Positions 15,462 to 26,176 of a stretch of 64,000 bases of DNA are shown here, piece by piece; within the stretch, counting starts at the first letter, position 1, and the number at the start of each line of letters is the position of its first letter. Location of the stretch: contig JAPMXV010000029.1 in the NCBI GenBank assembly GCA_026936335.1, positions 682,001 to 746,000 of the forward strand, given 5' to 3'. The position numbers were made by a program, and so were the translations under genes. A model generated the notes under the pieces. The model was not told where the DNA came from, did not search any database, and saw nothing but the letters and a program-made list of their open reading frames with translations. The stretch is from Mantamonas sphyraenae STR306 (lineage: Eukaryota; Protista; CRuMs).

Positions 15462-16701
15462 TCAACTCCAGTTGGACTGGTTGAGCTCCTGCTCTGCCTC
15501 CTGTTCCCATTCCGGGTGCTCAGCAATGACCTCATCGACGGTCAGTTGGGTCAGGCGCTGTGCGGTGGCTTCGTGCTCGCTGAGCTCGACCTTGAGCTCC
15601 TCGACACGGACGTCAGCACGGTCGGAGACTTCCTTTGCAGTTTGCAGCTGTGTGGGAGCCAAGGAGTGGGTGTGAGTGGCTATGCGGGACACATTTGCAC
15701 ATCCACCGTGCATGGCAAGGACAAACGATGGGTACGGGGCAGCGTGCAGGCCATGCAGGGCCAAAACACCACGCTCGGGGCGGCAACGGACGCGGACCTC
15801 TTCCCAGCGCGCTTTTGCGCACGGAGATGGCTACGGGAGCAGGGCGAGCGTGTGCAGGAACACACAGAGGTGCGATGCGATGCACGTGGTAATGACGAGC
15901 GTGGCTGCGTGTGTACAATTGGGGGAGGGGGCACGGGAAGGAAACGAGAGGGAAAGCGCGGGACAAAAAGCCCTCTCTCGGCCGGGCGTAGTGACGTACA
16001 AGGGTAGCAAAGCCCTGCTCGGCCTCGGCACTGAAGGAGTCGCTGAAGGACGGGAACTCGAGGGTCTTGGATGCACTCTCGAACTGCTCGACGACGGATT
16101 CCATGCCCGGCAGCTCCTGCTTCCACTTGCGCCAATCGACAGGCTGGAGCGGCTCGCTGCCCAGCATGTTGTTGAGCTGGCTGTGGATGTCGTCAAAGGC
16201 CTTGGACAGGCGCGACACCTCAGCGCGCTCAGCAGCGGTGTTGAGGTCAGCGGCCAGGTCGCTGAATGCCAGGTTCTGGCCTGTGGGGGCAAAAGGGGGA
16301 GGCGGTACGGATTGCAAATCGAGTGTGAGCTTCACGCAGGTCAGAGCGCCTGAGCTATGGAAACGGGAGAAAGGGAGGCAATGCGGGACACAGCATCCCA
16401 GTCGATGCACGAGTCCCCCCACATAGCCATCGCAGTGTGGGACTCATGCACGAGAGTACAGGCGCGCATCTGGAACCGGGGAAAACTTGCCTTCCCACGA
16501 CGACGAGGCTTCACCTGCCTGCACCTTCTTGGCCATGGCGGCAGCCTTGTCCAGGTCCACCTTGCCGTTGGAGGTGATCTCCGACACAAAGTCCAGGCTG
16601 TTGCCACCCTTTGCAGACTCGTACATGGCAGCAAGCTGCTCCTTGCTCATGGACGCAGCCAGGCCGGATTCGTTGCGTGCGACTCGCGAGAAACGAAACA
16701 T
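15462..16701 (-). CDS. ATP5PD: Mitochondrial F1Fo ATP synthase subunit d, with N-terminal extension
   Basis: PVDWRKWKQEL...VVEQFE and LTVDEVIAEHPEWEQEAEQELNQSNW match subunit d. Exons are 16701-16515, 16280-16000 and ~15647-15462. The start MFRFSRVAR is Arg-rich and presequence-like. Confidence 0.8.
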
Positions 16702-16858
16702 CTGCGAGGGTGTGGTTACGTGAATGTGTGTATGTGTGAGTGTGTGCATGGAGCGAGACGGGTGGGGCTCAGCGGCTCCGCGTGTGCCAGGGTCACCGCA
16801 TATACGTTTGCTTTTTGCTGGCCTGCGTCGCGAGCTGAGCGTCCGTTTGCCAAACAGA

Positions 16859-19274
16859 ATGGCCGGTGTGCGCATTGTCAACGGAGAGATTGTCCGCGAC
16901 GAGGATGTGCGCAACAGGCGGGGCACAACACAGGGCAACCCGCGCAGCACAAATGCCCACCGGCGCAAGTTGGTGCAGCGGGCAAGAACAGCGGCGGCTA
17001 CGGCGACTTCTTCCTCGTCCAGCAGCGGCACTGGAGCTGCAAGCGGCGTCGCACAGGCGGTGAATCAGCCCTTGCCTTCATCGACGGATATTGAGGAAGA
17101 GCTCAAGTGTCCCATCTGTCTGGACATGCTGGTGGGCGCAGTGGAGACGAGCTGTGGCCACTCGTTCTGTGGTGCGTTGTTGTTGAACGCCCTCCCATCT
17201 GCCTCTCTTTGTGCGGTGTGCTGACCCGTTCTCAACAGGCGTGTGCTTGTGCGCTCACTTGCGCACAAGTCTGGTGTGTCCTTCGTGTCGCTCTGACGTG
17301 GCGTCCGTCCACCCCAGCTTTGCACTTCGCAAAGTGTGCACCACTCTGCGGCGTGCAGGCAGGCAACGGGACACAGAAGAGGCCACGGCACAGGAAGAAC
17401 CCGACTATCGAAGTGTGGACGCACAGGTGCAGCTGGTGTTCCAGGAACGGCAGGCGTTGCACGAACAGGAACTCAGCGCACGCGACCGCGCTGACCAGCG
17501 GCGCAGGGAGCATGAACGCAGCGCAAATGCCTCTGCCTTTGCTCTGCGCATCTTTCTCGTATTTATTTTCACCAGCGTGTGTCTGTCCTGGATGGCGTAC
17601 GCGTGGAGCGCGGCAGAGACCCGACACCAGCTGCAGGCCAGCCCGTACACATCTGGGTGGTCCAGCGTGTTTGATACGTTGCAGCGAGTGATGAACAACG
17701 CGTGGGGTCGGGGCCATTTGGACGACAACGACAACGTCCACAGAGGGAATGTAGCTGGGCCGCAAGAGAAGTCAAAGGCGGCGCACGGGGCGACTCCTAC
17801 CGCACCTAGGCGGACACGACAACAGCAGAGAAGGCAGGAAAGGGAAGCGCAGCGCAAGTTGCAAGCAAGCAGGCTCAACGAGGAACTGGTGGCGACGCAC
17901 TCGGCACGTGAGGTGCGGCGGTTGGTGTCAGCCGGTGCAAAGGTGGACTCGGAGCACACAGAGATCGGGGCCACGCCGTTGTACCTGGCCGCACGCGATG
18001 GCCTGGTTGACAAAATGGAGGCACTTCTGACTGAGGGGGCGACTGTGGACAAGTCAAGCAAGCAAAAGGCGACACCGTTGTACGTGGCCGCCGAGTACGA
18101 GCGCGTGGACGCTGTGCGGCTGCTTTTGCGCCACAGTGCGGACGTCAATGCACGCTTCAGTAGCGGAGCTACGCCACTGGTGATTGCCAGCGAAAAGGGC
18201 AATGGCGCGGTGGTGCAAGCTCTGCTGGACACAGGCAAGGCCGACTGTTCTCTTGCCGGAGCACAGGAGATGGGTCCACTGCATGTGGCGGCCGTGTTGG
18301 GCCATACCAAGGTTCTCCGACAACTGCTGCGCTACAAGCGAGGGCCTCGTTCGGGAACTGGATGCAACATCCATCACACGGGCTCCTCTGGCATGACGCC
18401 ACTGTACCTGGCTGCACGTGCAGGCCAGTTGGACAGTGTCAAGACGTTGTTGGAACATGGAGCGAGTGTGCACAAGTGTTCGAAGGAACAAGCCTGCCCC
18501 GTGTACGTTGCCGCCGAGTACGGGCGTGCTGAAGTGGTCTCTGCCCTCCTGCGTGCAGGTGCACCCGTGGACTCTCGTTTCCACAGCGGTGCCACTGCAC
18601 TGGTCATTGCCGCCCAGAAGGGATTTCTGTCCATCGTGCGTGTCCTGCTGGAACACGGGGCAGACGTGGAGCTGGCCGGTGCACAGGCCATGAACGCCTT
18701 GCACCTGGCCAGCATGGGAGGACACGTGGACGTCGTGCGTGAGCTTTTGCAACATGGAGCAAACCCAGACGCTGTGGCTGAGCAACGAAGCACGCCATTG
18801 CATCTGTGCTTCAACGCAAACAAACTCGCTGCGGTTCCCATCCTGCTGGACTTTGGGGCCAATGTGGACCAGGCCAACGGCCAAGGTATGACCGTACGCC
18901 ACTTGGCTCGCTCCAACTCCAAAGCACATCTCCTGCGTGGCTGCGATCGTGTGCGTGTGCGCCTGTTTGTCCGTGCGGGCCGTCGCAACGGACCTCGTGC
19001 CCTCTGGCTCAACAAGCGCTCTGCACCCAAACACGCGTGGTACCGCGTGCGACGGCGTGTACCGGGGTTAGTGTCCCTGCCCCTGGTGCAGCTGAGGGTG
19101 CAATTTGTCGACGCACGTGGGCAGGCGCTCCCGGGTTCGGCAGCACAGGCAACGGTGGCACTGAACAAACCCTTTGAGCAACTGCTGCGTGTGCCGGCAG
19201 TGCAGGAGCTGAACAGGGGGACAGGCACGCCCGTGGTGCACCTGGAGATTGCAGAGAGAAGCAAGGCAAAGTGA
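16859..19274 (+). CDS. C3HC4 RING finger + single TM + ~10 ankyrin repeats (putative membrane E3 ligase)
   Basis: CPICLDML..AVETSCGHSFCG|VCLCAHL..SLVCPSCR across intron 17172-17238. TM segment IFLVFIFTSVCLSWMAYAW. Ankyrin motifs TPLYLAA/TPLVIA/ALHLA at ~17940-18920. Confidence 0.88.
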
Positions 19275-19342
19275 TGGTTGTGTCAAAATTCACTGCGTTC
19301 ATGGCATTCCAGGCAAAGCTGACGTGCATCACACAGTCACAC

Positions 19343-21026
19343 TCACTTGCAGCCAGCCAGGATGTGGCCACTGCACTTGGTGCCGGAGCTGGAGGGCATC
19401 TTCCAGCTGCTGCCGCACTTGCACGGGGTCAGCTTGTTGAACCCAAAGTACACAAACTTGGCGGCTTGCTTGCAGTTGGCTGCGCTCTTGCCCGGGTTCT
19501 TGTCGCACTGCGAATCGATGGCACGGGCCTGGCATGCGTACATGGCACGCTCGCAGCAGCAGGCGAAGTAGGTCTTGGAGGCCTCATAGCAAAAATCGTG
19601 CAGCTTGCAGCAGGCATCGGCAGCGTCAATGGTCGGCTTGCAGTTGCCCTTCTTGGCACACTCCTTCTTTTGGCCATATCCCGGTCCGCACCAGTTGCCG
19701 TGGACGGGCATGCTCAGCTTGGGGAAGAAGCGCATGCTCTTCAGGATGCGCCAGTACCACTTGGCCTTGTACGCCATCTCCTCAAACTTGTTCTTGAGGC
19801 TGCCCAGCAGAGCCTGCAGGCGCTTGTACACCTGCGGTGCAAGCTCCTTGGCCGCCGTCTTGAGGATCTCTCCCCACGACTTGATCTTGTTCCACGCCAC
19901 CTTGCTCCAGTTGCTGGCCTTGTTCTTCAGGTTGTTGAAGTGGTGCTTGGCGTACGCACTGTACTTCTTCCACGCCGCCGGTGCCTTCTTCAGCGTCTCC
20001 TTGAACTTGTTTGCCATCGAGTCGAATTTGGCCTTGGCCTCCGTCTTCTTTCGGCTCAGCCATGCCTTGGCGCGCCTCCAGAACTTGTCTTCTTCGTCGT
20101 CGTAGTCACCGTCTTCAATCATCGCCTCGGCGTCGTCAAAGGCATCCTCCACGGCAAAGCCCAGGTTCTGTGTGGTGGGTGTGTGTGTGCTTGCGTCAGT
20201 GGCCCTCTTTCCTTTGCAAGCGGCGACCGTACAGGGAGGCCACACAACAGCTCGATCATCCCCACATGTGTGCTGCATGATATTTGTCTGCATCTGCGTC
20301 ACGTGCCGCGGTTGCCTGCACCCATGCGTGCAGGCGGAGGCAGAAGAGCACCTGCCACGCCTTGCGAAAAAAGGCTCCACGCTACTGCGTTTGCCTTCTA
20401 GGCCGTAGCAACTCTATGCGTTCATCATGATCCATACACACATGTGTGTCCTCACACAGGCGGCAGGCGCCGTGAATCCCAGACCACACACGATCGCACA
20501 AACCCGTGTGGGACCGGCTGCAGGCTGCAATCGCGGCCTGTGGAGAGCGGAAAAAAAACGATGATGCGCAAACCACAACGCGTGCTTGCACCGTGTGGGA
20601 TGTCGAGCGGCTGGCTGAAGGGTTTGGTGGAGGAAAAAGAGGACACATATGGTTGCAAGGCGGGCCTGCATGTCAACTCACGTAAGCCTGGTCGACAAGG
20701 TCGTCGTTCTTGCCGACAAAGTCGTCGTCCTCGTCCTCAACCAGCTCGGATTCCTCGAGCGGGTGAGCGTTGGCGGTGGAGCTCAGCAGCTTGCTGGTGG
20801 CCTGCTGGAAGGCGTCGTGGTGAATACTCTCACCCAGGGCCTCCCAGTAGGCGTCAAACTGCTCGTCGGTGACCTCTGGGTTGAGGAGCTCGATGTGTGT
20901 TTTGAGCTCCTCCTTCTCCAAAGAGCGGTCGTCTGCGTCTGCGATTCCGTGCAGATGCACCTGCTTTTCCGCAGTGGCACCGATCACAAACAGCACAAGA
21001 AGAGCAATGGCAACGTGGCGCATCAT
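19343..21026 (-). CDS. Secreted phospholipase A2-like precursor (signal peptide, acidic propiece, cationic amphipathic region, PLA2 domain)
   Basis: Exon 1 (21026-20682, MMRHVAIALLVLFVIGATA...) joins exon 2 (20167-19343) in phase 0. Ca-loop HGNWCGPG and catalytic DACCKLHDFCY. Confidence 0.85.
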
Positions 21027-21068
21027 GGCTGGTTTTTTTCTTTGGCGCAGCTGGAGTCGCGCTCCAGT

Positions 21069-22499
21069 CTAGCACGCACACCCCTCCTCTTCCTTGTTGT
21101 CGCCCTGTGCGTTGGAGGACGTGCCATCGTTGGCGCCTGTGCTGTTGGAACCCTTATCGTCGGACATGAGGTTGAGGGTGGAGGTGAGCTTGTCGTCCGA
21201 GCTGACGGTGACGATGCTGCTGCCCTGCTCCGCCTGACGCTCGAGGATGTGATCGAGGAGTGTGTCCATGGCCTTGTCGATGTTGGTGTTCTCCTTGGCC
21301 GACACGGGGAACCAGGCCACAAAGTTGTTGTCGTGTGCAAATTTTTCGATCGTCTCTGTGGGCACCTTGCGGACGTTGATGTCCGCCTTGTTTGCCAGCA
21401 GCATAGCCGGCACGGGTGTCTCGTCCTTTAGCAGCACCTTGCTGTCCAGATCTTGCTTCCACTTCAGGATGGATGTGAAGCTCTTCTCCATGGTGAGGTC
21501 AAAGACAAGGATGGCGGCGGTGGCTTCCTTGTCTGTGTGGTGTGGGAGTGTGGGGAGATGTCAGCACACCGCCGCGACAGTGACACAACCGAGAGCGATG
21601 GACACGCGCATCCCACATGCGTGCACTCTGCCTTGTAACTCACAGTAGACACGCGTCATGTTGCCGAAGCGTTCTTGGCCTGTGGGGACGGATGGACGGG
21701 AGGGCAGGCGGAAACGCGGTGTCAGCAACGCTGCACACACGGCCAAACGGTTGTACGGGGTCGGATATGGGCGTGATCTTGTTGGCGACGCTGTAGGTCC
21801 GATGCACTTGTGCACAGGCAGCAGACAGCAAGGTTATGCAGGATGGCCAGCAGCCTGGACGCGAGGCAGGAGGGGATGCCGCTCCAGATCGCTGAACTGA
21901 CCTGCAATGTCCCAGAGCTAATTCGCGGCAGTTGGGAACACAGCACGAGACGCAGGAGCACAGGAGAGTCATGCGCGGTGGGTTCAAGAGCAAGAGAGAC
22001 GCATCGTGGGCACGGGAGTGCGGGGCAGAGTGAATCGGAAGCAGTGTGAGTGACAGCTGGGTGTCGAGAGAGTCCCCGGGAGAGAGGTTGGGGAAAAGAG
22101 GGTCGGGCTGCTGCTCCACTTCTCGCCCCCTGAGCCTCGTACCTGCAAGCGAATCAGTTGCTCGCCGCGCTTGACGGCTTTCAGGGCAAAGTCGACGCCA
22201 ATCGTGTACTTGTACTTGGACGAAAAGGTGTTGTCGACGTAGCGGCGGATAATAGACGTCTTGCCTGGGTGTCGGGCAAACAGGGTCAGCTTCCGCTGCA
22301 CAGCGGGTCAAGCGAGATGCGACACCTGGCACATATCACCGCCACATGGGGACAGGGCGCGCTGTGCTTTCGATGGGTGTGCGGCACAAAGGCTACTGGG
22401 CAAAGGGACGGCTGAAGAAAGAAACGCACCCACGCCGGCATCACCCGTCACAATGATCTTCAGGAGGCTGGCCTTCTGGCCTTCCGAGGAGACAGACAT
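21069..22499 (-). CDS. RAB32: Rab32/38/29-subfamily small GTPase
   Basis: GDAGVGKTS, TIGVDFALK, the subfamily signature WDIAGQERFGNMTRVYYK, LLANKAD, SAK and a C-terminal CAC prenylation motif. Exons are 22499-22430, 22264-22143, 21917-21902, 21679-21644 and 21532-21069. Confidence 0.92.
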
Positions 22500-22735
22500 G
22501 AAAACTGTGCACGAAGCCAAGGGTGACAATACGCAAAGCAAACAAAGAGAACGAAGTATGCGTGCGAATGGACGATGTCAGCAGAGCAACGCAGGCAGAA
22601 ACCAAAACCTCGACGAAACGAACAAAGTGGGGATTCGATGTCCGCAAAGGCGCAAACATTGTTGAATCCAATCCATTCACCCTGCCAAACATACTTGAAT
22701 TCTTGGTTTCATTCAACCCAATCCACTTCCCCCCA

Positions 22736-24232
22736 TCACTCCTCTCTTGTTTCCAGGGGTTGGATCTGGATGAGTTCAGGGTGCGGCTCGCCAGCAGCCA
22801 CCATTGTGGGCAGCTGTCGATGGAGGTAGATGGGTAGCGCAACAGTGGGCAGGCTGATCGCCAGCAGGAGCAGATTCACCTCGAGAAAGGAGCCGCCAAA
22901 CACTTCGAGTGCAAGGGCGAGCAGTCCAGCTTGGGCCAGATTGAAGATGGTGCCGGCCAGATTGATGAAGCCAAACAGAGTGCCAAAGTGGTGGAAACCA
23001 AACACCAGGCCGACCATGAAAGCGACAAAGCCGTAGAGCATCGGACGAAACAACGCCAGCAACACCCAAAACACAACTTGCACGGGCAGCAGCTCGATAA
23101 CGTTGAGAATGCCCATCAGAACAAGCATCACCACCATTGTATATGCGCCCTGAATAGGACCCCTTGCGTCGTAGAGCCATGAGATGATTGGAATTGCAAC
23201 GAGAGCGCCCGACGGCAGTACAATGGTGAACACAGACAAATACTCGGAGCCTTCAGCTGTGTTTGTGGTCATACTGTCGATCTGCGATCCGGCCGTTCCG
23301 ATGATGAAGTTGATGCGGATCATGGAGACGCTGACGATCAGGAGAACCAAGAGAAACTCCTTGCTCTGCATCTGCTCCTTGACACTCTTGTCCCACATGA
23401 AACTCCTGTAGTACTCCAGCACTGTCTCTTTTTCGCTGCGTGTCTCGATTGCCTGTGCTGGTGCATCGGCGGGGTTTTCGCTGGACGACGAGTCCGCAGT
23501 GTCACCAGGGTGCTGCAGCACACCATTCGGGTAGGCCCACGCCACAGAGAGGAGCACGAGAAATGCCAGCACGGTGTACGCGTAAAACAGCGACGGACGT
23601 GAGATGCCTGCGCCGTGCAGAGCCTCGAGAACGACAAAGACCACTGCGCCAACGTCAAACGCAGCTGTGACAAAGCCGTTGATCTGCCCCGTCTTTTCTG
23701 GAAACAAGTTGGCGAGAGGGAACCCTGCAGTGTAGACGGCAGGTGCAGCCACGCCAATGCAGGTGTAGCCGGCCAGAAACGCATCAAACGTCTTGGAACT
23801 GCTCACAGCCATCAGCAAGCTCCCAATGACCAGAAGGGTGGATCCAGAGATGGCCACCATGCGCTGACCGATGTGGTGCATGGCCACGCCCCACCCTAGC
23901 GAAGCAAGGGCCATGGCGCTGCTGGCTACGCTGAAGATGATGTTCAGTTGCAGCAGTTGGGCGTTGCACGGCGTGGCCTGTCCTCCCGTGCACAGCTCCG
24001 AATACTCACCATCGAGAAGAAGCACATTCTGCAGGGAGGCCCAGCCAAAGATGATGCCCGAGGTCCAGAAGACAGCATTGACGGAGATGGCAATGCGCAC
24101 CCAACGCGCAGTGCTGCTCTTGGCCAATAGGGCCGCGTGTTGGGACTCCAACGCACTGTGTCCCTTTGTTTCTGGTGCGGCTGCACCCGTGTCGATCTTC
24201 AGCTGTGGTGGCGTTGGTTGTGGGGAAGCCAT
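22736..24232 (-). CDS. MFS transporter, SLC43 (LAT3/4)/FMP42-like
   Basis: Intronless with ~12 hydrophobic segments. SGIIFGWASLQNVLLLDGEYSELC...CNAQLLQLN, ANLFP and FGFHHFGTLFG are typical of this family. Confidence 0.85.
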   Translation of the reverse strand: MASPQPTPPQLKIDTGAAAPETKGHSALESQHAALLAKSSTARWVRIAISVNAVFWTSGIIFGWASLQNVLLLDGEYSELCTGGQATPCNAQLLQLNIIFSVASSAMALASLGWGVAMHHIGQRMVAISGSTLLVIGSLLMAVSSSKTFDAFLAGYTCIGVAAPAVYTAGFPLANLFPEKTGQINGFVTAAFDVGAVVFVVLEALHGAGISRPSLFYAYTVLAFLVLLSVAWAYPNGVLQHPGDTADSSSSENPADAPAQAIETRSEKETVLEYYRSFMWDKSVKEQMQSKEFLLVLLIVSVSMIRINFIIGTAGSQIDSMTTNTAEGSEYLSVFTIVLPSGALVAIPIISWLYDARGPIQGAYTMVVMLVLMGILNVIELLPVQVVFWVLLALFRPMLYGFVAFMVGLVFGFHHFGTLFGFINLAGTIFNLAQAGLLALALEVFGGSFLEVNLLLLAISLPTVALPIYLHRQLPTMVAAGEPHPELIQIQPLETREE

Positions 24233-24418
24233 TGCCGCGACGGCGCGCCGTCTGCAGCCCAGCCCCTGCGGCACCGTGCTGCTGCATTGATTGGACACTG
24301 CACCAGGCACTCACACACGCGCTTCCCTCCATCACACACGATCACTGTCACCCTCTCTCTCCACCCATGTGGCAACGCAGGAGCTTCGTCAGGGCAGCGC
24401 GACGCAATCCAACGAGTC

Positions 24419-25150
24419 ATGGGTGCTGGGACGTCGCGCAAGAAGGACAGCAAGCAGGGGCAAGAACAGGGAGTGGCCGATGGAGAGTCGGGCAGGAGCA
24501 AAACACGAAACTTGGGAGCACGGGACGGGGCAGACGGAGGTGAGAGCAGTCCAAAGGCAGGGCTGGGCCGAGCAAAAGGGGCGAGCAACGGCCTTGTTGC
24601 CAGCGAGCAATCGACCGTGTTTGAAACACGCCTGGTGCCTCCCCTGGACGCCATGGATGAGGAGGACACACAGAATGCCGTGGTTCTGCAAACAGCACTG
24701 CGAGGCCTGATGGACAGGTTGGCCAGCCTGGATTCGATCGACTCGAGCACACCCAAGGTGCGGAGCGCCGAAGGGAGGCATTCGCAGCACGCTCTCATCA
24801 AGGAGGCGTCTCAGCTGCAGCGCTCATCGCTGTTTCCAGGATACAAACAGACGGTGGGCTACGCGCAGGACTTTCTGGAAGGGTTCCTTGTGCCCACTGC
24901 GTCTGTGGACCCGCGAGGCGGCGGTGGTCTGGGTGGCGAGGGTCGCAGGGAGCAGCAGAGGGCTCAAGGCCGGATGTATGCAGGCGTGGTGGGCACAGCC
25001 ATGATGCCAATCGCAACACCGAATCTGGGCGAGACAACCACGTGGAGCAGTGGCGTGCGTTCGCCGCTCGGTTGGGGCTCCAGCGTCGTGTCGCTGTCCC
25101 AGATGGATTCCATGTCGTCTCTGTACAGCACGGACGACGAGAGCTGGTGA
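24419..25150 (+). CDS. Uncharacterised N-myristoylated protein with one IQ motif
   Basis: MGAGTSRKK (Gly2, Ser6, basic patch). AVVLQTALRGLMDR fits the IQxxxRGxxxR pattern. Confidence 0.6.
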   Translation: MGAGTSRKKDSKQGQEQGVADGESGRSKTRNLGARDGADGGESSPKAGLGRAKGASNGLVASEQSTVFETRLVPPLDAMDEEDTQNAVVLQTALRGLMDRLASLDSIDSSTPKVRSAEGRHSQHALIKEASQLQRSSLFPGYKQTVGYAQDFLEGFLVPTASVDPRGGGGLGGEGRREQQRAQGRMYAGVVGTAMMPIATPNLGETTTWSSGVRSPLGWGSSVVSLSQMDSMSSLYSTDDESW

Positions 25151-25206
25151 AGGAAGCAACGGTGGGATCGGCTGGCAACAGCGCGTGGGGGACCAGACCA
25201 AAGGTG

Positions 25207-26129
25207 ATGGACAGCGAGGACCGGTGGCGCGAGCTTCTTGTGAAGCACTCCGGCCAGTTTGACCTGGACATGGTCACGTCGCTCAACTTGTGTGGCGCTC
25301 TGCAATCTCTGTCCCAAAGTGACCTGGGTGTGATTGTGCAACTGTGTCCCTCGCTGCAGGAACTGGATGTGTCGCAGTTGGGCTTGGACGCCCTGCCCGA
25401 CAACCTGCACGCACTTGCCTCCCTTCGTCGGCTGGTGGTCATGGGCAACAGGATAGCCTCTTTGGGTGCGTTCTTTTGCGCATCCTATTGTGTTTTTCTT
25501 TTGGTTTGTTTGCATGCGCATGGCCATGGTCCCGTCACAGCACCCGCTGGGGAACCGCGCGGCCGTTTCCGGCGCGCAACTGGGGTGGACTTTTCCTGCC
25601 TGTTCACAGCGCACACGGTTCACGACACACATGGCTGACCATCCCCACCACCCCTTCAGATCCTGTGGCTGGCCTGGACGCACTTCAGTACCTGGACGTG
25701 TCGCATAACAAGCTGGAGACAGCCAAGCAACTGGAGCCGTTGGCCGGCCTGGAGTCGCTCACTACGTTGCATGTACAGGGGAACCCAGTGGGAGACGCCA
25801 GCGACGAGTTGGTAGAACATCTATCGACGCTTCTGCCCGGTCTCCGCTGCTTGAATGGCGAAAATGTGGCGTACAAGCGAGTGCACGACGAGATGATGCA
25901 GGAGATCCTTCGCCCGTTGACGCCCATCGAGGTGCCGCCGCAGGATCCTTGGCTTGACAGCGTGGATCTTGGCAGTGCCCTCGTGCCATTGGACGGATTC
26001 CTGGACACCCAAGCGTGGGACAAACTGGTGGCGTCGTGCCAGCATCTCGTGGCCACGGCAGACGCCACCGTGCAACTGGCAGAGGCACAACGCAGTGAGC
26101 GCGAAGCGGATCAAACGGCCAACGATTAA
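25207..26129 (+). CDS. LRRC61: Leucine-rich repeat protein, LRRC61-like
   Basis: LLVKHSGQFDLDMVTSLNL, SDS22-type LRRs, LLPGLRCLNGENV cap, PQDPWL and a C-terminal helix parallel LRRC61. Intron 25466-25659. Confidence 0.75.
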
Positions 26130-26176
26130 AAAAAAAGACATGGGTTGAGGTGACCTCTGCATTTGGCATGGCATGC

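Noticed and set aside
24137-26129. A single frameshifted or fused gene from the 24137 and 25042 ORFs
   Set aside because: The downstream part forms a complete LRRC61-like protein from its own ATG at 25207, and no suitable intron links the two frames.
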